Part shown: in pieces, positions 1 to 9,491 of the stretch
Layout of the letters: every line of letters begins with the position of its first letter
Position numbering within the stretch: the stretch's first letter is position 1
Assembly (NCBI GenBank): GCA_963797555.1
Contig: CAWCPV010000014.1
Location: forward strand, 1 to 64,000
Direction of reading: 5' to 3'
DNA: 64,000 nucleotides
Source: an uncultured Gammaproteobacteria bacterium
Lineage (GTDB): Bacteria > Pseudomonadota > Gammaproteobacteria > CAWCPV01
The notes under the pieces: generated by a model
Database searches by the model: none
The model's input: only the letters and a program-made list of their open reading frames with translations
What the model was told of the DNA's origin: nothing
Translations under genes and position numbers: made by a program

Positions 1-163
1 CCGAAGAGTCCGTGGCGGGAGTTCCCGCTTTACGCGCCGAACCGGGCTCGGGCGGGTTTGACACCCGTGCCGTCGGTGTCGGCCCGGGGATACGGGCGCA
101 GCCTGGTAGGAGCGACTTTGGTCGCGATAATGGGCCGTTGCCCGATCGCGATACGTGCCGCGT

Positions 164-1015
164 TCAACGGCGGGCGTGCCGCCAATAGAAGTACAGCAGC
201 ACAGAGGTGATGCCGGCCAGCCAGTGCCACAGGCCGTGTAGCTGAAACGCCGCGTGCGGGTTGCACCAGGGACGCCCGCTCTGGCTCATGGCCCAGAACA
301 GCATGGCGAGACCGAAGATGAGGAAGGCCGGAAGGTAAAAGACGGCGTAGCCGACCCAATCGCTGCGCAGGTCCGGGCGGCCGAAGCCGATATATGCCTC
401 GAGCACCGCGTAGACGAGCACGACGATGCCAATCAGCACGGCCGAGATCGGTACAGCGTCGAGATGGATCGATGCGCCCAGCACCGTGAGCAGTAAGGTC
501 AGCACCCCGTAGCCGACGTAGATGGGCCAGTCCGGCCAGTTGCTGGGGAAGAGCCGCACGATGGTGCATGCCAAGATGAAGCTGACGAAGGTGTACATCG
601 ATATCTGGTCCACGACCCCGCCCCATCGGGTGATGGATGCGTGGAACCACATGCTGCCGAGCCCCAAGAAGATCACCACGCAGATGTAGGCGAGCGGATA
701 GACCTTGCGAGAGCGCATGCGATTGGCGCTTTCGCCCGGAGATCGGGTGCGAGTCCACCACACGCCGAGTCCGACGATGCCCCCGTACAGCAGGGCCATG
801 AGGTTCGACCAAGTGTTGAACGGCTGCCGTACCCCCGGATCCCCGATCTTGGAGACCTGGAAGTCCTCGCACCAGCAGGTATTGCTCCCGCCGGTCGAGG
901 TGTCGTGGATGCACGGGTCAGGGGCGCCGGGCCACCCGGCAGCGACGAAAATCAGGAACAGAAGCAGGACAGCAGCCGCAAAGCTCCCACCGACAGCAAG
1001 CTCCCGCATATGCAT
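164..1015 (-). CDS. Ceramidase-like (CREST superfamily) multi-pass membrane protein
   Basis: About 7 hydrophobic segments. Motifs WCE..QPFNTWSN, GSMWFHAS (SxxxH) and HGLWHWLAG (HxxWH) are typical of alkaline ceramidase/CREST hydrolases. Confidence 0.7.
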   Translation of the reverse strand: MHMRELAVGGSFAAAVLLLFLIFVAAGWPGAPDPCIHDTSTGGSNTCWCEDFQVSKIGDPGVRQPFNTWSNLMALLYGGIVGLGVWWTRTRSPGESANRMRSRKVYPLAYICVVIFLGLGSMWFHASITRWGGVVDQISMYTFVSFILACTIVRLFPSNWPDWPIYVGYGVLTLLLTVLGASIHLDAVPISAVLIGIVVLVYAVLEAYIGFGRPDLRSDWVGYAVFYLPAFLIFGLAMLFWAMSQSGRPWCNPHAAFQLHGLWHWLAGITSVLLYFYWRHARR

Positions 1016-1057
1016 CTCCCGGCGGCCGGCGCCCGCCCCACGTGTCGTAGAGCGATC

Positions 1058-1643
1058 CTACGGGAACTCGATGACGTACTCCATCTTGGGCTTCTCCCGA
1101 GGAAGCACGGGTGGGGGTACCGCCTCCCCGCGCGCGGAAGGGCGGCTGCAAGTGCCGGAGTCCCACAGTCGCCGTGCAATGGGAGAGCGCACCGCCTCGA
1201 AGATGGCGTAGAGCGTGAGCTTGTCTACGTCCACGCTCTTGTCCTTCTCCATCATTGTCTTCATGACTTCCGCGAGCACCGAAGCGGCCTCGTCGAACGT
1301 CGTACTTCTCGTTCCCTGGCAGATGACAGCGCTTCATCTCGAACAACCAGTCGTGGACCACGTAGGCCGGGGCATAGCCCCACGGCGAGTAGTTGCGGAA
1401 CCCCCAGAGCGGGCGGGGAATGGAGCCGCCGTCGGTGTACATCACCCCCGGGGCAATCACGTCCTTGTTGTAGCGAGTGAAGGTGAGCGGCCGCTCGCTG
1501 TCCGGCAGGAAGATGAACTTGTCCGGGTCTACCCATTGCACCACCAGCTTGCCGTGCAGCTCGCCGGGGTTGACCCGGCTATACTGCCACGAGGCGCAGC
1601 CGCTGGATGCGAGCGCGAGGACGAGAACGATGAGCCACGGCAT
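1058..1643 (-). CDS. DUF1353-like lipoprotein, one frameshift near 1295
   Basis: Lipobox-like leader MPWLIVLVLALASSGC and motifs TDGGSIPRPLW and AYVVHDWL. The C-terminus continues in ORF 1058..1279. Confidence 0.6.
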
Positions 1644-2465
1644 GGAACACCCCCCCGTGACGGTGTCTGCGTTGGGCCGGCATCCGCGGGCGCCATCGGC
1701 CCAGGAGCACGGGGCACAGGCCATCCAGCGCGGGCCGGTACGCGATGCGCCGATGGTCGCGGCGGAGTCGTCGCCGAATCGTATCATGACGGGGGAGAGT
1801 GGAGATCATCCGAGGATGCCAATCGGGGCGCGGCTCGTTCCGCGGGGCGGGTGCGAAGGCACTGGTGTTTGTGAGCGACCGCATGGCGGATTCGAAGACC
1901 GTCCAAGGGGGCGCCGCCCCGGCGCTGCTCAGGCTTGGACGGTCAGTTCCTAGCCCTCTTCCGCACTCCGGCGCCGGTTCGGTTCAGACTCAGGCAAGGG
2001 GTTGTCCTGGGTGGCGGGCGACGGGCCGTCAGCCTCAGATCATGGCACTTGGGGCCAATACGCAGCAAAACCTGGCCGCCCGGAGGCGGCGAAAGGAACG
2101 GGGGGAGACAGACGATGACCGCTCACCTATGGGCAGTGTTCGGGCTGATACTGGGTTTGTTCCCCGGCGGCGTGAACAAGCATGGCGGTGCTGGTCGGCT
2201 CTATGGTCGCCGGGCTCATGGCGCGGCCAAGCGGCGGGCTCCATGGCGGCGGCCGGCTACATCCCGGGACTCCTGCCGCGGGCTGCTTTCACCGCGGTGA
2301 GACACGGGGTGGCTCTGGCGGCCGCCCTGGCGGGCCTGGAGGTGACGACGTGCGTGTTGGCCGAGGAGACGGCAGCCCACGGCGCCCCGCTCACGCTCGT
2401 CGCGCAGGCTCCGACAGCGCGGTACCGCGGACGCTGCCGCGGAAGCGGATGAACTGAACCGCGAA

Positions 2466-3140
2466 GTGGTCACACTGTATCGACGCGGACGCTATGCCGA
2501 GGCCATTGTGCTGGCCGAGAAGGTGGTTGCCCTCCGAGAGCAGGCCCTCGGCCCCGAGCATCCGGACACCTCTACGAGCTTCAACTACCTGGCGGAGCTG
2601 TACCGAGCGATGGGCGCCTATGCCAAGGCCGAGCCGCTCTTGCAGCGGGCGCTCGGGATTGTCGCCGGAGGCACTGTGGCACGCCCAGGCGAGTCTCGCG
2701 GCCATCGCCGCCGGCCAGCAGCGCCCCTCCGAGGCCATCTCTATGGCAAGGCGGTCAACACCATCCAGGGCCTGCGCGGTCAGGCCGCCTCACTCGACAA
2801 GGCGTTGCAGAGGTCCTTCCTCGCAGACAAGGCCGCCGTCTATCGCACGGTAGCTGAGCGGTTGTCCTCCCAATCCCGCTACGCCGAAGCCCTGGAGACC
2901 TTGCTCCTGCTCAAGCAAGACGAGCACAGGGAGTATCTGGTGGACCTGGGCGACGCGCTGCGCGACCAGGTCACCTTCACCGGGTCTGAGATCGAATGGA
3001 ACGGAGCATACCAGGACGTGGTGGCGCGCTTGGCCCCGATCCGCGCCGAGGAGAGTCCGAACCTCACTGGTCGGCTCCGGCGGGAAGAGGCTAGCGTTGC
3101 TTGCTCCTGCCTACTCCCTCCGCTTGGTTCTGAGCTATAA
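2466..3140 (+). pseudogene. Remnant of a TPR (kinesin-light-chain-like)/CHAT-associated protein
   Basis: LYRRGRYAEAIVLAEKVVALREQALGPEHPDTSTSFNYLAELYRAMGAYAKAEPLLQRAL is a KLC-type TPR. It is followed by a collapsed pre-CHAT segment, with no catalytic domain. Confidence 0.6.
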
Positions 3141-3310
3141 AGAAACGGTGGAAATCCCGGTTCCATCTGAGGCGAAGCCGCACGATCCGCTGGGCGAGGG
3201 CGGCGCGCATACGGCCTCGTTGTGGTGGTTTGAGAACCCGATAACCCGAGGGGGCGGTCATGAGGGCAGATATCCGGATCACCTGTGCATCTTGCCGTTT
3301 GCGAGCGGAA

Positions 3311-3449
3311 CCTAACCGGTCATGGCGATCTTCGCCGCCCCAGAACATGAAAACGTTTGTCACGCCATGGCCGGTTTCCCTCACCCCCAGCCCTCTCCCG
3401 CCAGCGGGCGAGGGGGACTTTGAGGCGCCTTCGGCGCATTTTCACGTTA
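3311..3449. repeat. About 140-bp dispersed REP/MITE-like element, copy 1
   Basis: Near-identical inverted copy at 42065-42202. Internal palindromic core CCCTCACCCCCAGCCCTCTCCCGCCAGCGGGCGAGGGG. Confidence 0.85.
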
Positions 3450-3454
3450 ACACG

Positions 3455-5530
3455 TTGCGCAATAGACGCGACCAGAAGGCCAAGGGGCTAGCCTTCCGGC
3501 TATGGTTGACGCCGTTGCTGGTCTTCTCGATAGGTTTGCCCGCGGCCGCCGGCGAAGACCCCCACGCCCTGCAGCAGCGAGCGATGGGGCGCATCGACGC
3601 CTACGTCGACCATTTCCGCCGGACGTTCGATTCCACCGCTTTGCAGCACGAGCGCGAGCGCGCCGAGGGCGAACTCAAGGAGAGCATCCGGCTGTTTCGG
3701 GCGCGCGGGCAGCTCGGTCCCGCGGCCTACTCGATGGTCAAGCTAGGTGATCTCTACCAATTCGGCGATCGGTGGGATGCCGCCATCGAAATGTATGGGC
3801 AGGCATTGCAAGCGGCCCGGCAGGGCAAGGACCCCCGTTCGGAGTGCAAGGCCCTGCTCGGGCAAGCGCGTTCCTTTATCTACGGGAAGCGTGAGACAGA
3901 CCGCGCCTTGGCTCCCATTGAGCAGGCCGTCCAGCTCGGCAAGGGGATGGACGAGCAGACTTGTCTCTTCGACGCCCTCGATCTCCAGGCGCAAACCGAG
4001 ATAGCGCAGGGAGACCTGATTGCGGCGGCGGACTCGCTCAACCGCGCCTTCTCGGTTGCCGGCAGGATCCAGGACGACAAGGTCCTGTTCTACGGCTATC
4101 TCGATCGTGCCGACATGTATCAGAAGCTGGCCGAGCGGTGCGACTTCGAGAGGGTTTTTCAACCCTGTTTGGAGGCCCTTGGCCACGCAAGGAAGGACTA
4201 CCAGGCGGCGCTTGCGTTGGCGCAGAAGCTCGGCTGGATCGGGCTTGCCGGGCAGGTGCAGGGCTTTCTCCGTCGCCTGGGGGTGCGCGAGGAAATGATC
4301 CGCTCTCAGCAACGCTTTCACCGAACTCTGACGCAAAGCGGCATTTTCGCGCCGCGACGCGCAGGCGACGTATTGGTGAACGAGCAGTTCGCCACGGGTG
4401 AGAACCCGCAGATGTCGGGCCTATTGGCCTGGATCGAGCGCGAAGGCGGTATTCCGGCGGGGACCGATCCGCGGGGTGCGTATGTGCAGGGTCTGATGCA
4501 CGAGATGGGGGGAGAAAGCGATGAGGCGCTCAAGTGGTACCTTCGTTCGGTGGATCTGCTGGAACACGACCGCAGCTTGTTGCGGGCCGAGCAGGCGCGT
4601 GGGAGCTTTCTGGAGGACAAGGTCGAGTTCTATTACACGGCCATGCTTCATCTGCTGGATCGCGGGCGCGTCGAGGAAGCTTTCGCGCTGATGGAGCAAT
4701 CGCGCGCCAGGGTCATGGCAGACCTGCTCGCGACCAAGAAACTCGCGCTTTCAGACCCTGGGCAGCGCGAGCTTTACGCATCGGCCTTGGCGCTTCGTGC
4801 CCAGATCGCCCAGCAGCAACAGCGCTTATTCAGCCTGCGCAACGCCGCTGGGGCCGGAACCTCCACCGATTCGGCAGCGGGAGCCGATGGCGGCCATGTC
4901 GAGCGGGGGAAGGTCCTATATCTGTCGGGTGCAAGTGCCGCGGAGCTGGAAAGGGATCTCGCGCGGCTGGAAGAGGGTTACCAAAAGGTCATGTCGCGCA
5001 TCCGTGAACAAGCGCCGCAGCTCGCGCACTTGGTCAGCTCGGAGCCGGTGTCCCTCGATCAGGTGCAGAAGATTCTGGCGGCAGATCGCAGCGACCTGCT
5101 CGCCTATCTGACGCTGGAGAGTCAGGTCGTGCTTTGGCACATCGGCCCCCACGGTGTGCATGTGCGTTCCGTCTTTCTGCCCCGTTCGGAGCTACAGCAC
5201 GAGGTCGCTTCGCTTCGCGAGAGTCTGGTCGACCCGACGCGCCCATTCAATCAGCGCCTCGCCCGTGAGCTCTACCTTTATCTGGTGGAGCCCGCGATGA
5301 AATGGGTCGAAAGCGATCACCTCGTGATCGTCCCGCACGAGGACCTCAACTACATACCTTTTCAGGTCCTGCTCACCAGCACGGAGCCGGAGCAGTTTCT
5401 CGGCGAGCGCTACGAGATTACCTACGCGCCGAGCGCGACGGTGCTGACGGCGCTTCCGCCGCCCCGTCCCGTCAAGGCGGAGCGGATGCTGGCGATTGCC
5501 AATCCGTCGGGTTCACTCCTCTGCTCATGA
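3455..5530 (+). CDS. Exported TPR + CHAT-domain protein, C-terminally truncated
   Basis: Signal-like leader (LWLTPLLVFSIGLPAAAG), TPR-like helices, and EAFALMEQSRAR, LYLYLVEP, LVIVPHEDLNYIPFQVL, ITYAPSATVL. The ORF stops at LAIANP, before the CHAT catalytic His/Cys. The TTG start is approximate. Confidence 0.75.
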   Translation: MRNRRDQKAKGLAFRLWLTPLLVFSIGLPAAAGEDPHALQQRAMGRIDAYVDHFRRTFDSTALQHERERAEGELKESIRLFRARGQLGPAAYSMVKLGDLYQFGDRWDAAIEMYGQALQAARQGKDPRSECKALLGQARSFIYGKRETDRALAPIEQAVQLGKGMDEQTCLFDALDLQAQTEIAQGDLIAAADSLNRAFSVAGRIQDDKVLFYGYLDRADMYQKLAERCDFERVFQPCLEALGHARKDYQAALALAQKLGWIGLAGQVQGFLRRLGVREEMIRSQQRFHRTLTQSGIFAPRRAGDVLVNEQFATGENPQMSGLLAWIEREGGIPAGTDPRGAYVQGLMHEMGGESDEALKWYLRSVDLLEHDRSLLRAEQARGSFLEDKVEFYYTAMLHLLDRGRVEEAFALMEQSRARVMADLLATKKLALSDPGQRELYASALALRAQIAQQQQRLFSLRNAAGAGTSTDSAAGADGGHVERGKVLYLSGASAAELERDLARLEEGYQKVMSRIREQAPQLAHLVSSEPVSLDQVQKILAADRSDLLAYLTLESQVVLWHIGPHGVHVRSVFLPRSELQHEVASLRESLVDPTRPFNQRLARELYLYLVEPAMKWVESDHLVIVPHEDLNYIPFQVLLTSTEPEQFLGERYEITYAPSATVLTALPPPRPVKAERMLAIANPSGSLLCS

Positions 5531-5725
5531 GCGTCTCCGCGTTTGAAGGGTATCGAAGGCGTGCGCCAGCGCCGGCTGGAGGCGCACGTGCGCAGGCGAA
5601 GCGTAGTGCTTGAGTGCAGGCCGGTCAAGGTTCGGGGACGCTCGGCGCAGTGGCACAGGTCCGCAGCGCCGATGTCGGCGCCCGAGGCGAAGCGAACCGG
5701 CCGCGCACGGCGAACGCGGAAACCG

Positions 5726-5795
5726 TCCAAGGGGGCTCCGCCCCCTTGGAACCCCCGCAAAGGGTAAGAGCGCAAAGAGCAAAGGCTAAGGGGTC
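5726..5795 (-). promoter_or_regulatory. DGR IMH and downstream hairpin of VR1
   Basis: About 70 bp 3' of VR1, shared with the VR2 flank but absent after TR. Contains the perfect 11-bp stem TCCAAGGGGGC-GGA-GCCCCCTTGGA (5726-5750). Confidence 0.85.
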
Positions 5796-7520
5796 CTCGC
5801 CAGACGGAAGCCGAGGTTGACGTCCCGGTAGCCGGGCGTGGTCCCGGCCCGGCTCGCGGAGCGCACGCCGCGCGGCTCGCCGTCCCATGACCCGCCCCGG
5901 TCCACACGGGGACCGCCGTCCCCTGTGCCGGCGCAACGCTCCTCGCCTCCAGCGTACTTCTCATCGTAGGCGGAGCAGGTCCACTCCCACACGTTGCCCA
6001 GCATGTCGTAGAGTCCGAAGCCGTTGGGCTGGAACCGCCCCACCGGCGCCGCTGCCGCGATGCCGTCATCACAGTCATGGGTCTCCTTGTCGAACTGGAA
6101 GGCCGCTTTCGTCGTGCGGTCGTATACGTTCGCATACCGGCACGCCTGGCTCGGGTCGTCGCTCCAAAAGCGCGCGGTCTGCGTCCCCGCCCGCGCCGCA
6201 TACTCCCACTCGGCTTCCGTGGGCAACCGGAAGCGCTGCCCCGTCTTCCGCGAGAGCCAGTCGGCATAGGCTACGGCATCGTTCCAACTCACCTCGACCA
6301 CCGGCTGGTCGTCGCTGTTCAAGGAGTGGCCCTTGTAATCACCACTGTAGTGGTCCGGCTTGAACTTGCGATACTGCCCGTTCGTCACCTCGTACTTGCC
6401 CATCCACAAGGCATCGACGCAGACCTCGTGTTGCTTCTCGTCGTCGGCCCGCTCGCTCTCCGTGGGCGGGCTGCCCATCTGAAAGCAGCCGCGCGGGACC
6501 CAGACGAATGACATGCCCGTCGTCGGCTCGGTCCAGGTTGCCCCCACCTTTGGAGTAGCGGCAGCGGGCGCGGGGGCGAGGCCGGTCGGCTCGCCCCCGC
6601 GCGGCTGGACAGCCCCGGGGGGTGGCTTCTGCACGGTCCTCGGGATTGGTGCCGCCCCCACCCGGAACACGAAGTCCCCGCGCGCGAGCAGGTAGTCCGC
6701 TATCTTGCCGTACTGAGGGTTCTGCCGCGCATACTGCGGCACCACCCGCTGCAGGTACAGACCCAATTCGGTACCGGTCACGTAGCCGTCCTGGTCGAGG
6801 TCTGCCAGTCCCCGCCCGATGGCATCGACGAAGGCCGGCGCGAACACGCTCTGCGCCGGCACGGTCTGGTTCGCCTTGCCCGCGGTGATGAACTCCCGCA
6901 CCGGCTCGGCCGTGAGATCCGAGATGTGCGGCGGCACCTCCGGCAGATCGCGGGCAGCGAACACGCTCCCGGAGAAGCAGCTATCGAACAGGAACAGCAC
7001 GTGCTTGGCCTCGATTTCCCGCGCCCAGGTGAGCACCTGGTTCATGCTCACGGCCTTGCCGAGGAAACCGTCCCGGTCCTGGCGCGGGTCGGGGGCATCG
7101 GCCGGCACGATGTAGCCCATCTCCTCGCCGTAGCCACGCTCCAGGGTGTGCCCGTGGCCGGAGAAGTAGATGAGGAGCCGGTTGTCCTTGGCAAAGCCGA
7201 AGCGGTTGATGAAGTCCGCAATGGCCTTGCGGAGGTCCTCTGCCTTGAGGTCGCGGCGCTTGGTCACCTGAAAGCCCTGCGCCTGCAGCATCGCTTCGAC
7301 CTTGTCCAGCTCCCGCGGCACGGCGGTGAGGTCCGGCCAGCCGGCGGTGTAGAGGCTTTCCCCGATGAGCAGCGCGTGGCTCTCGCGATACAGCCCGACC
7401 GCTCTGCCCGAGGGGTTCGTGAACAGCACCCGCCCCCGGGAGGCCGCTCGCTGCCGACGCCACGAGCCCCAGCAGCCCTAGACAGAGCAACGCCAGCGCC
7501 CGAGTCCGCCTCCCCTTCAT
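5786..7520 (-). CDS. DGR target 1: signal peptide + caspase-family (C14) protease + FGE-sulfatase/CLec domain; frameshift near 7435
   Basis: Leader MKGRRTRALALLCLGLLGLVASAAS. Caspase dyad YFSGHG / FDSCFSG. FGE motifs FQMGSP, YEVTNGQY, RLPTEAEWEYAARAG, GLYDMLGNVWEW, RGGSW, GFRLAR. VR at the 3' end. Confidence 0.9.
5796..5920 (-). repeat. DGR variable repeat VR1
   Basis: 125-bp ungapped match to TR. By hand count, 16 mismatches fall at TR adenines and 1 at a non-adenine (position 5849). Confidence 0.95.
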
Positions 7521-7622
7521 TGCATTCTCCCTGACTGTTCGGACCGCTGTTCGGACTCGCCCCGTTCCCATCTTACCTTGGCCTGCACCGACCATGCCGC
7601 TGCGGGGACCCGCCGGTCGAGA

Positions 7623-7803
7623 GGGAGCGGGGCCTTCGGTCGCCCTACCAGCCCCGCTCCCGATCGTCCCTGACAGCGCTATTCGGCGCTCCCCTCCGTG
7701 CGAGGCCGGGAAGCGGACGCCATGGACACCCGCGCACCACACCCGACGCGTCCGTGGAGGCGCCGGCTCGGGGCGTGCTGTCGCAAGACAGCGCGCGGGC
7801 GGA
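7623..7803 (-). ncRNA. Putative structured 3' spacer of the DGR template RNA
   Basis: Intergenic region 3' of TR, with hairpins GCTGTC-TTGC-GACAGC (7777-7792) and GGGAGCGGGGC-17nt-GCCCCGCTCCC (7623-7661). Function is inferred from known DGR RNA architecture. Confidence 0.5.
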
Positions 7804-7928
7804 CTCGCCAGACGGAAGCCGAGGTTGTTGTTCCGGTTGTCGGGCGTGTTCCTGTTGCGGTTCGCGGAGCGCACGTTGCGCGGCTCGTTGTTCCATGACC
7901 CGCCCCGGTTCACACGGGGACCGCCGTC
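7804..7928 (-). repeat. DGR template repeat (TR)
   Basis: In the target frame it reads DGGPRVNRGGSWNNEPRNVRSANRNRNTPDNRNNNLGFRLA, with 11 AAC codons. It matches VR1 and VR2 almost entirely except at adenines, and overlaps the RT 3' end. Confidence 0.95.
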
Positions 7929-8996
7929 GGGTCCGCTCCCCGTGTAAAGCATACCTCTGCGAACATAGCTCGACGCAACCCCCAGGTGTCGGCGTGCCGG
8001 GCATGACCGATCCAGCTCTGGACGCGGGGGTCTATGTCTCCCCAGTCCGCACGGCCCCCGGCGTATGCCCGTGCGAGCCGCCGCAGCCGGCGGCGAAATC
8101 GGAAGCCGTTTTGGCTGCGCAGCCGTCGCCGCTCGGGGAGCACGAAATAACCCAACAGGTCGAGCCCGTCACGCACCGCGAGTCATGTGTGCCTTGTTCG
8201 GGTGCAGCTTCAGCCTGTCGCGAGCGAGGTGCTCCGCCACGGCTTCGCGCACCTCCCGCAGGCGCCCCTTGTCGTTGTCCAGGGCCACCATGTCGTCGAC
8301 GTAACGGAGGTATGCGCGGACCCGCAGCACCTCCTTGACTTGGCGGTCCAGGTCGTCCAGGTACAGGTTGGCAAAGAACTGGCTGGTGAGGTTGCCGATG
8401 GGAATGCCGGTGCGGCGCTCGATGGGCGTGAGCAGGTCGTCCCCGGGAAAGTAGACTGTCTCCCCGCCGACCGCTTCAGGACCCGTATCGATGATGCGCG
8501 CGAGCAGATCCAGCACCCGGGCATCCTTGATTCGCCGGGCTAGCTTCTCCTTGAGAAGTGCGTGGTCGATGGAGGCGAAATACTGCTGCACGTCCATCTT
8601 GAGGGCATATACATAGCCGCGCGCCCAGCCCTGGTATCGGTCCACTGCGGCATGCACCCCCTTGCCCTTGCGACAGGCGTAAGAGTCGTGGATGAAGGTG
8701 CGGTCGAGCGCAGGCTCGATGACGTTCATCACCGCATGATGCACGACGCGGTCGCGGAACGGCGCCGCGGCGATGAGCCTCGGCTTGCGCTCGTAGATCG
8801 TGAACAGCCGATACCCGCCCGGCCGGTACTCACCGCTCTCGAGCGCACGCTGCAGGCCGAGCAACTCGTGTTCCAGGTCCAGCGCGAACGCCGCCACCTG
8901 GCCCGATCGCCCCTTGCCGCGCCTCGCCCGGCGGTAGGCCAGCAGCAAATTCTCGAAGCTCACCACCTGCGGCCACAGACCGCCCAGGCGCCTCAT
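7910..8996 (-). CDS. DGR reverse transcriptase; frameshift near 8175
   Basis: Motifs ERKPRLIAAAPFRDRVVHHA, SYACRKGKGVHAA, LKMDVQQYFASIDH, GIPIGNLTSQFFANLYL (DGR-type SQ) and YLRYVDD. The C-terminus (GLDLLGY..SWIGHARHADT) is in ORF 7910..8176. The ATG overlaps the avd stop (ATGA). Confidence 0.92.
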
Positions 8997-9352
8997 GGCT
9001 CTTGTCTCGACCGCAGCCATCCCCCGATTTGCCGCCCCAGGTTTTCCATCAAGCCCGCACCGTGCTCGTAGCGCTTGAGCGGCATCACCTGAAGCTCGTA
9101 CGCGAGCCTCCACAGATGGCGTGTGACCTCGAGCCTGAGGTTCGCGCGCCGCAGGGGGCCTTCCTTCTGGCGGCTGTAGGCGGCTTCCACCAATGCTTCC
9201 AGCACCTCCAGACAGCCCGCTTCGAGCCGCTCGCCCAGCGTAAAGCGCCGCGAGCGCGGCAACTTGTCGAGCTGAGGGATGAGCCATCCCAGCAAGTCAT
9301 GGCAGGCCTGCACGGCATGTGGCGGCGTCGGCGGCGGTGCTCTCTCTCCCAT
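8993..9352 (-). CDS. avd: DGR accessory variability determinant Avd (four-helix bundle)
   Basis: About 119 aa and basic. Motifs KLPRSRRFTLGERL, ANLRLEVTRHLWRLAYEL and LGRQIGGWL. GGAGG RBS, translationally coupled to the RT. Confidence 0.9.
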   Translation of the reverse strand: MGERAPPPTPPHAVQACHDLLGWLIPQLDKLPRSRRFTLGERLEAGCLEVLEALVEAAYSRQKEGPLRRANLRLEVTRHLWRLAYELQVMPLKRYEHGAGLMENLGRQIGGWLRSRQEP

Positions 9353-9423
9353 GTCCGCCTCCATCGATGAGCCTTGCGGGGGGGTCGGCCCATCGCAAGG
9401 GCCCCTCAGCGCGCGGAGAACGA

Positions 9424-9491
9424 CCAAGGGGGCTCCGCCCCCTTGGAACCCCGCAAAGGGTAACAGCACAAAGCACAAAGGCTAAGGGGTC
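9424..9491 (-). promoter_or_regulatory. DGR IMH and downstream hairpin of VR2
   Basis: Near-copy of 5726-5795, with hairpin CCAAGGGGGC-GGA-GCCCCCTTGG at 9424-9446. Confidence 0.85.

Noticed and set aside
6981-7952. ORF translating the TR in frame with the target 1 leader
   Set aside because: TR is open in the VR frame by construction, and long open frames are common at this GC content. Target 1 has its own RBS and ATG at 7520.
7910-8996. RT as a group II intron, retron or CRISPR-associated RT
   Set aside because: The SQ motif, adjacent avd and TR/VR pairs identify a DGR. There is no maturase or endonuclease domain and no cas gene.
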